A stretch of DNA of 64,000 bases from a virus (lineage: Duplodnaviria; Caudoviricetes): the IMG/VR virus record IMGVR_UViG_3300020420_000671, one strand, 5' to 3'. Each line of letters starts with the position of its first letter. Position 1 is the stretch's first letter. Shown in pieces: positions 56,956 to 64,000 of the stretch. The notes under the pieces were generated by a model. The model was not told the DNA's origin, did no database searches, and saw only the letters and a program-made list of their open reading frames with translations. Position numbers and translations under genes: made by a program.

Positions 56956-59900
56956 TTATTTTGGTAGCTCCACCTTTTCCGCCTTAAAGAAACGTGCTAC
57001 CAAACTTTCCGCATCATTTAAGGATTGTCCGCTGTCTGTCCATAGTGTACCTGTGCGTCTAATGACTTGTATTTTAGCTAAATTTGCCGGTGTATTGGTC
57101 AAAGTAAGCTGATTTGTTGTCCCATCAACACTAAATTGGGCAGGTGATGTTATATCTGCTTCAGGAGAATCCTGATTTCTTGTAACATCGAACATCTGTA
57201 TACTAGTTTTTCTAAGTCTCTTGCCAGCTACAAATACTTCGAATTCATTTACTGAACTAGGCGTAAATGATAATTCATATACACTAGTGGAGCCATCTCC
57301 TACAAAATCTTCCGTTATTGTTGTATCAGCGTATGGTGCTGTCTGTTGTAATCCTTGATTATATACATCACTACCAACCGGATGTACATCTGGTGCTCCT
57401 GTACCTAATGTAGCTCTTTGTAACTGCTTTAAAACATTACCTTGTTTTATTAAGAAAGTTATCCTTTCGCCATTAATAAACAATATTCCTGGTATTCCGC
57501 TGTTTTTATCTGGAGCACTAATTGTACTAGCATCTATTAAATTAATTTGTTTATCTGTAACTTTAAGTTCTTCAGCAAGTTTTAATGGCGCAACGTCACC
57601 AAGCCTTTTGTAAATGTTTCTATTAAGAATATCTTTAAATTGACTAAAACCAAATTTAGGTGTAAGGGGACCATCTGAACTGTATTGAATTATTTCGACA
57701 ACATCATTATCTACTAAATTATTATTATACTTAACAAATTTTTTGTCATCTGTTAGGTAATAATCAACACTAGGTGTTTTTAGTTCGCCGTTGACTATAA
57801 ACCAAATATATTGAGCATCTATGGCTGTTTTTCTAAGTTCAACTAATCCTGCCTTAAGATGATTGTATTGTATGTGGTCTTCACTTCCAACTGCTAAAGT
57901 TGATCTCGCTATTACATCAAAATTTTGTCTTTCAAAATCTTGTACATCGTGCTTACTGTATGTTGTGATTTTTACTGTTTCTCCTACAGCAGGCGCTACA
58001 TCTAGTTTTAGTATTCCAGGTGTTTCTACCCAAGTGTTTTGATTGTCGATTACTTCAACTGCTCCAAAAGCATATTCGCCATCATCTCTAATGTAAACTT
58101 CTAATATATCTCCTGGTTGTCCTATACCTGGTTCAAGAATAATACTACTATTGGCTGGACGTATGTTAAATTCTGTAGCAATTTTTAATTCTGTTCCATT
58201 TAGTATAGCCAATACATTGGAGTTATCAAAACTTCCAATAGGTGTTTGCCATATTTCTAAAAAGTATTCAGACACCCCTGCTTGGACTGTAAATTGTTGA
58301 TTATACCCAGCATTAAGTATTTTGTTTCCTACTTGTACAACAACGTTATGTGTGTGCGGAATAGCAGAGTATGGTGTTTTTTCCAAAGTAAAGTTGAGTG
58401 TGCTACCGTCTCCAGTAAATTCTTGTGTTTCTATTTTACTATAACTTTGAACTTTGTCATATACAGCAAAATTAATTACACTTCCATCTCTTGGAGCTCT
58501 ACCAAATACAATTACTGCTTTAGGATCTTCAATCGCACTATCTTCACTAGATACTAATACCGATTGTACTTCTTTTCCGTCTACGGTAGCAATATAATCT
58601 AGTTTTGTTGTCCAGTGAGCTTTTGTTTTAAATTGTGTGGTACAACCGTCACCAGTGAATTCATCAAACTCAACAATATTTTCTCCATTACCGCTTACAC
58701 TTATAATATTTACTGACGTACCATTTGTTGGCGTAGCATTCAATCTAACCGTTTTATTTTTGTAATCTACTGTATATGCTGTAGGTGCCTGTGTAATTCT
58801 ATTCAATCTTACATACAATCCATTTTCACTTTGTGGTTGAATTCCAAAACCAAAGTCTACTGTGTTACCGTCAGCATTATAACAATTACTACTTAATAAA
58901 CTACCACCCTGTTCTGGTCTGTGAAACACTTTGATATCAACCGTATCTAAAACTTGTCCTGGAACCTGTTCTTCTGGTCCTTTGCTTGTTGTAGGAGTTA
59001 CAAAGCCGTCACCATCTATAATTATTTCTTCTGGATTTATACCTTTAGCTGTACTAAACTGTAAATCACCGCCACTTAATATAGTATCATAAGATCTTGG
59101 ATCAGGTAAGAAAGAACCATCTGAAGTTGTTTTTCTAAATACAACTACATCATTTGCTTTAAACTTCTGAATATCATTAGTTATGGTAATAGTAGTTTGT
59201 GTACCATTGCCTGTGATACTACTCATTACAGCATTTACGTTTGTTTGTGATGCGGTGCCAAAATTAGGATCATCAATTCTTTTGCCGTTTAGATACACGT
59301 TATACACAGCATTATTTTCTAAAGGTTTGCTAAGAGTGAATACTTCAGTGCTTCCATCCATTTGAAATATTTCATCATCAAATGTAGTATCAAACGTATC
59401 ATATGTTGTTGTGAACCAACCATCTGAATCCCAACCAGTACCTGTGCCAAAGCTATAACTGCTTACTTCAACTCCACCATAATCAACCCCGTCTAATATC
59501 TGACCTAAATCATTTCCAAACATACCAGTCGTTGGGTTGTAGTAAAAATTAATTCTGTCCTGGGCTTGTAAAAGCTCTGCGGATTTATTATATGTTATTA
59601 CAACACTTTTACTTGCTGTCTGAGGTTCTGTAAAAAATATTCTTCCATATTTTCTCAGATATCCTTTGGTGGTATCTGATTTGTTTTCAAATGTATATTC
59701 ACTTCTTAATGCTTCCAATCCATCTACCGTTACTGTAATTTGTGTGTTCTTTAATTGCATTGGCCATTTTAAATCAAATATTTGTTGATTTGAACTAGTT
59801 GTAAATGTTTCTGACGTAGATAACTGACTAAACAAATATGTGCCTGTTACTCTATCAAACTTACATCTTAGATGAGTTGATCTAGCTTTCCCTCCACCTA

Positions 59901-62900
59901 ATACTGGACTTAATCTAGCAGGTGTACCCCCGTCTTGTAAAGTGCCTTCTAATGTTATAGTTGGTTGTGAAAGATATCCTGAGCCTGTGCTATTAACTTT
60001 TACAGCAGTAATCTTACCGTCGGTACCTATAAACGCTGTAGCTTTTGCTCCTGAGCCACCACCACCTGTAATTTTAATTATAGGAGCATCTAAATAACCT
60101 GATCCAGTGTCTGCTATGTTTAGACTTTGTAATTCAAAACCTATATTTTCTGCCCAATGTTTACTAGGATATTTTGTTATTTCAGAAAATCCACTTTCGA
60201 TCTTGTTATCAATAACTTGTATTGATTGTGGTGTAATTCTACCTTCTAACTCATTGTATACTGTAGGTAAATCAAAGTCAGTAACAACAGTAGAACTAGG
60301 ATCTGTTTTTTCATACGAGCTTAAATATTCTCTAACTTTTGTTCTATATGGCTTCACTTCGTTTATGTAAGATTCATAACTTGGTAGACTATCATTTTTA
60401 AAAGTAATACGTTGATCTAGTTCTCCTACATTGTGTTTGGCTTTTATAAAACTTGTTTTGAACGCCCAATCAACATTTGGTTGTTCAGTGAACACATATC
60501 TTAATCCAGCAAAGAAACATTCGTTCCAATGTTTAAGCAAGTCATCCACAAAGATATTATTTTCTAATATTCCTATTATTAAACGCATCTCAGCAACAGG
60601 CTCAGTGTCATAAAATATCTTATCAAATCCACTACCATCATATGCTATATTTTCATTTGTTACATCATACAAAGAATTTTTAAATTCAATAGTTCCGTTT
60701 TGTCTTCCTATAGTTTTATAGTTGATAGTATAATCTTCAGTATCTTGATTATCTTCTTTTTCTAAAAGTAACCAACCACCTGTTCCTACATTATTAATTT
60801 TGACCACATCACCTATTTTATCTCCTAAACCATACAATTCATAACTACTTGTAATTGTATAATTGATAGGAGTAAAACTATTATAATCTGTTTCATACCA
60901 ATCAATATACTGCCAGTAAGCATTGACATCATATGCTTGAGTTAATGTTCTTAACCATTCAGTACCATCCCAAGCAAATACAGCCCATTTACCTCCTACT
61001 GTTTCATCTGTCTTCGCTAGTACACTAAACTTTCTAACTTCAATAGTTGGAGACACATAGTTTGTTCCTCCATTAACGATGTTAACAGCAGAAATACTAC
61101 CATCGGTGGCAAGTACAAAACTTAATTCGGCACCTGTTCCTGTAGTATCTTTTATTTTGTAAGTAGGTGAATTAATGTATCCTTTACCAGCATCATTGAT
61201 TAACACATTTATAATGGTACCGTTTTCTACTTCTAAGGTCAAACTTGCTTGTTTTACATTAGCAACACTAATAAATCTTAATTCAGCAAACGTATCCGAT
61301 GTAGTATCGTATATTCCTGAAACACTTGAAGGTTGTGGATCTACTGAATTCAAACCAGATAAGTCTTTGTTGTCAACAATTAATTGTGTTTTTAAAATTT
61401 TGTTGACACGCTCTGTAAATTGTTTTCTTGCTTCAGTTCTATTAACAAACCAGCTTTGTCTTGGTTCATTTAAATTTCCATATTTTTGTCTTATTGGTAA
61501 ATCTTCGTCTGGTACTGGTCTGTCGTTTACATCAAAGCCAACTAAACTGTCAATCCATTTTTGCTTTATTGTGTTGTTAGGTATACTTGTTTCTAAACCA
61601 TCGGAAATTATTTGATATTCATTATGAACGTTTTGTTCTTGATTGTCTATTGTCCACCAATTGAATGTAATTCCAACATCTTTATCCTTGATCAAACTTG
61701 AACAATTATATAATGAAAATCTATTGTTTCCTAAAGGTGCTATAAATCGCACACCTTGTTGTGCTGGGGCTGTAATTAATCTACCTACATCTAAAGCTGT
61801 TGTTTTTCTTGTAGTATCACTTGGTAGTGTTGCCTTGTCTTTTACCCAATAGTAATAATTATTTGAAAAAGTTTGCGAGGCCGAATCATAAATTCTTCTT
61901 GTACTATATGCTGAATCTCCATATTTCGTTGTACCACTGATACCGTTTGATAATCCTTCTTCTGTTCCTGTTTGTGAATCCCACTCACTTGGAAGTAGAT
62001 CACTTTGAACCCACTCATATACATCAGCTGTAGTGCCAGAAAATAGTGTATTGAAGTTAGCAGTGGATTCTAAAATATCTCCTTGATGATGATTAATAAA
62101 TCTAGCACTTCCAATATCCCACCAAATTTTTCCTACCCATTTGTCTGCTGTATAGTCAAGTGTGTCTAATGTAGTTCCTGAAGCAGTAGCTACACTATAT
62201 TTTGCCGGATCATAGGATACCTTAAATGTAATTTCCTGTTCAGCAGTTCCAGCAATTTTTCCTTGTAAAGGATCAATATAATCTAAGTAAGTAACTAGTC
62301 CATTGGTTGTTTTATCAAATAAATTAATTCCTTTTAATTTTTCTACATCAATAGGTACAACAGGTTGGCGACCTATTGTCCAAGAAGTACTGTTTACAGC
62401 TTTTCTGTACTCAGCAACTAATCCTCTATCTACTGTATTATTCGAAAGTATTTGTTGTTTAGGTAATCCCAAATACACATGATTATCTTTTACTAGCATA
62501 ATACTTCCAAAGTCTTGCGTATCTTTATCATAAGCAAAATCTTGTCCGTATAGCAAACTATTATTAACTGTTTCATATATGCTTACTAATCCGCTATCAT
62601 TGTCAATAACCTTGAAAGGAGTATTACCATTATCAAAAATTGTTGTATCTTGATCAAGAGTTGTAACTCTTTCAAGATCTCCTCCTCTTGAAGCTATAGC
62701 TAAAGTATTACCATCAAAGTCTAGTTTACTTCCAAATCTAGTATTAGATGTTCTGTCAATTGGTCTTAAAGTTTGATTTAAGCTAAAGTTGCCGTCAGTT
62801 CCTTGAAGATATATGTATACTGCTCCGCCTCTAATATCTCTTGTACTGTTATCCGGAGCACCAACTGCTATTTTCTTACCATCATTGCTAATCGCTATTG

Positions 62901-63999
62901 TTTGCCCCCAATTTTCTGTTATATCCTGTGTTTCTAACAATTGAGAATATTGATAATGGTTTCCGCTTTTTCTATAAACAACAATTCTTCTATTAGGAAC
63001 ACTACTATCATTAGCATTTAAATATCTCGCTGTTGATATTAAGACATTTCCGTCCGTGCTTACATCATAGTCTGCTCCAAATTCTTCTAAGAATTTTTGT
63101 TCTAATGTACTTTCAGTGATACTAAAATTTGTATCGTTTGGAACGTAACCTAGTAAATCTACTCCGCTGTTCACTGTGTCCCATAAATTTAAATTAAATG
63201 CTCCAGGGACAGTATTTGTTTTTGCTTTGTATATTGTTTCTCCAAATCGTACAAGGTCATTAGTGAAGTAAGTAGATGCTGTGCTGTAAGTTCCCCTGTA
63301 GTTATTATCATTAGATAAAACAAAATCATCAGTACTGTTTTTATCAAATATATAAATTCTACCCTCATTCAACTCTGTCTTGTCACCGCCTGCTGAAACA
63401 AATAATTTATATGTACTTGCGTCTATTTGAGCAAACTTAATTTTTGTTCCTAATTTTCTATTAGGTGCCGAGTTTGGTACTGTATAATATCCTTTCAATG
63501 CAAAAGTTAATTCTTTTCTTTCGTATATGGCAAATGTACCTTCTTTGTCCAAGTTAGAACTGTAACCGCCTGTTGTTAATGGAATATTATAAGTCCTGTT
63601 CCAATCAAGATTTAAAGGTCCTGGCGGATTAGCTGAATCTTCAACACCAAGTATAGTTCTTGTGTTGTAAATCCAGTATTCTCTATCCTGTAAAAATATA
63701 GATGTACCAACTTGAATGTTTTGTCCTTTATCAACTATCAACATCACGCCAGCTGTGGTATTTTCTAAATGTGAACTACTAATAGGACCTATGGTTCTGA
63801 CTGTACTGTCATTTTCAACAAATGTCATACTAGACGTTTCACCAAAGTCTACACCTTTGCTAAATGTGCCGTTACGATTTTTAAGATAAATTCTTATTGT
63901 AGCAAATTCTCTTTGAATATAAGCCACTTCTGCTGTACTTCCAGTAGTCGAACAAGTAACAGTATCTCCTATTTGTGGTAGGAAAGGATCTCCGCTGAG
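56956..63999 (-). CDS. Very large baseplate-wedge-like structural protein, 5' end outside the window
   Basis: Frame stays open to the window edge; propeller-like FG..AIS.DG repeats, GSGY..P.I..GGGG repeats, F.GDG...F repeats. Confidence 0.75.
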   Translation of the reverse strand, partial: LSGDPFLPQIGDTVTCSTTGSTAEVAYIQREFATIRIYLKNRNGTFSKGVDFGETSSMTFVENDSTVRTIGPISSSHLENTTAGVMLIVDKGQNIQVGTSIFLQDREYWIYNTRTILGVEDSANPPGPLNLDWNRTYNIPLTTGGYSSNLDKEGTFAIYERKELTFALKGYYTVPNSAPNRKLGTKIKFAQIDASTYKLFVSAGGDKTELNEGRIYIFDKNSTDDFVLSNDNNYRGTYSTASTYFTNDLVRFGETIYKAKTNTVPGAFNLNLWDTVNSGVDLLGYVPNDTNFSITESTLEQKFLEEFGADYDVSTDGNVLISTARYLNANDSSVPNRRIVVYRKSGNHYQYSQLLETQDITENWGQTIAISNDGKKIAVGAPDNSTRDIRGGAVYIYLQGTDGNFSLNQTLRPIDRTSNTRFGSKLDFDGNTLAIASRGGDLERVTTLDQDTTIFDNGNTPFKVIDNDSGLVSIYETVNNSLLYGQDFAYDKDTQDFGSIMLVKDNHVYLGLPKQQILSNNTVDRGLVAEYRKAVNSTSWTIGRQPVVPIDVEKLKGINLFDKTTNGLVTYLDYIDPLQGKIAGTAEQEITFKVSYDPAKYSVATASGTTLDTLDYTADKWVGKIWWDIGSARFINHHQGDILESTANFNTLFSGTTADVYEWVQSDLLPSEWDSQTGTEEGLSNGISGTTKYGDSAYSTRRIYDSASQTFSNNYYYWVKDKATLPSDTTRKTTALDVGRLITAPAQQGVRFIAPLGNNRFSLYNCSSLIKDKDVGITFNWWTIDNQEQNVHNEYQIISDGLETSIPNNTIKQKWIDSLVGFDVNDRPVPDEDLPIRQKYGNLNEPRQSWFVNRTEARKQFTERVNKILKTQLIVDNKDLSGLNSVDPQPSSVSGIYDTTSDTFAELRFISVANVKQASLTLEVENGTIINVLINDAGKGYINSPTYKIKDTTGTGAELSFVLATDGSISAVNIVNGGTNYVSPTIEVRKFSVLAKTDETVGGKWAVFAWDGTEWLRTLTQAYDVNAYWQYIDWYETDYNSFTPINYTITSSYELYGLGDKIGDVVKINNVGTGGWLLLEKEDNQDTEDYTINYKTIGRQNGTIEFKNSLYDVTNENIAYDGSGFDKIFYDTEPVAEMRLIIGILENNIFVDDLLKHWNECFFAGLRYVFTEQPNVDWAFKTSFIKAKHNVGELDQRITFKNDSLPSYESYINEVKPYRTKVREYLSSYEKTDPSSTVVTDFDLPTVYNELEGRITPQSIQVIDNKIESGFSEITKYPSKHWAENIGFELQSLNIADTGSGYLDAPIIKITGGGGSGAKATAFIGTDGKITAVKVNSTGSGYLSQPTITLEGTLQDGGTPARLSPVLGGGKARSTHLRCKFDRVTGTYLFSQLSTSETFTTSSNQQIFDLKWPMQLKNTQITVTVDGLEALRSEYTFENKSDTTKGYLRKYGRIFFTEPQTASKSVVITYNKSAELLQAQDRINFYYNPTTGMFGNDLGQILDGVDYGGVEVSSYSFGTGTGWDSDGWFTTTYDTFDTTFDDEIFQMDGSTEVFTLSKPLENNAVYNVYLNGKRIDDPNFGTASQTNVNAVMSSITGNGTQTTITITNDIQKFKANDVVVFRKTTSDGSFLPDPRSYDTILSGGDLQFSTAKGINPEEIIIDGDGFVTPTTSKGPEEQVPGQVLDTVDIKVFHRPEQGGSLLSSNCYNADGNTVDFGFGIQPQSENGLYVRLNRITQAPTAYTVDYKNKTVRLNATPTNGTSVNIISVSGNGENIVEFDEFTGDGCTTQFKTKAHWTTKLDYIATVDGKEVQSVLVSSEDSAIEDPKAVIVFGRAPRDGSVINFAVYDKVQSYSKIETQEFTGDGSTLNFTLEKTPYSAIPHTHNVVVQVGNKILNAGYNQQFTVQAGVSEYFLEIWQTPIGSFDNSNVLAILNGTELKIATEFNIRPANSSIILEPGIGQPGDILEVYIRDDGEYAFGAVEVIDNQNTWVETPGILKLDVAPAVGETVKITTYSKHDVQDFERQNFDVIARSTLAVGSEDHIQYNHLKAGLVELRKTAIDAQYIWFIVNGELKTPSVDYYLTDDKKFVKYNNNLVDNDVVEIIQYSSDGPLTPKFGFSQFKDILNRNIYKRLGDVAPLKLAEELKVTDKQINLIDASTISAPDKNSGIPGILFINGERITFLIKQGNVLKQLQRATLGTGAPDVHPVGSDVYNQGLQQTAPYADTTITEDFVGDGSTSVYELSFTPSSVNEFEVFVAGKRLRKTSIQMFDVTRNQDSPEADITSPAQFSVDGTTNQLTLTNTPANLAKIQVIRRTGTLWTDSGQSLNDAESLVARFFKAEKVELPK

Positions 64000-64000
64000 A

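Noticed and set aside
201-62024. Many 60-170 aa ORFs in the track nested in or antisense to long genes (e.g. 3490..3870, 26368..26682, 52840..53349, 61175..61615)
   Set aside because: Shadow frames of real genes; no RBS or motifs
1-64000. CRISPR array, tRNA, rRNA, transposase or integrase
   Set aside because: No regularly spaced repeats, cloverleaf-like segments or recombinase motifs seen; intergenic gaps are mostly too short
1-64000. Stop-codon reassignment
   Set aside because: Long genes are intact and tightly coupled under the standard code, using TAA, TAG and TGA as stops

Overview
AT-rich (roughly one-third GC by eye), gene-dense 64 kb segment of a large tailed dsDNA phage with a T4-like/myovirus-like gene repertoire, standard genetic code, and no tRNA, rRNA, CRISPR array or transposase that I can see. 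It has three zones. (1) 1-27.2 kb, all plus strand: replication genes (family B DNA polymerase, probable sliding clamp, RNase H-like exonuclease, MoxR ATPase plus VWA partner) interleaved with a 7-deazaguanine pathway (TGT/DpdA-like transglycosylase, QueD-paralogue T-fold protein, FolE, QueE; no QueC/QueF in the window). The same operons carry sugar-nucleotide enzymes, a glycosyltransferase, a phosphoribosyltransferase, a HIT hydrolase, a cupin and a 2OG oxygenase, behind near-perfect sigma70 promoters. (2) 27.2-44.4 kb: a tailoring-enzyme island (seven HxD..H oxygenases, radical SAM and B12-radical SAM enzymes, truncated adenylating enzyme, GMP reductase, two PLP aminotransferases, carbamoyltransferase, methyltransferases). 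It is built as three divergent cassettes, each centred on back-to-back T4-late-like TAAATA motifs. (3) 44.4-64 kb, all minus strand: glycosyltransferase-like genes co-oriented with tail fibre/baseplate genes, ending in a >2300 aa structural protein that runs off the window. Best candidates for a new system: a possibly glycosylated 7-deazaguanine DNA hypermodification pathway (early) and a separate late-expressed virion-decoration chemistry island. All functional calls come from motifs read by eye, not from database searches.
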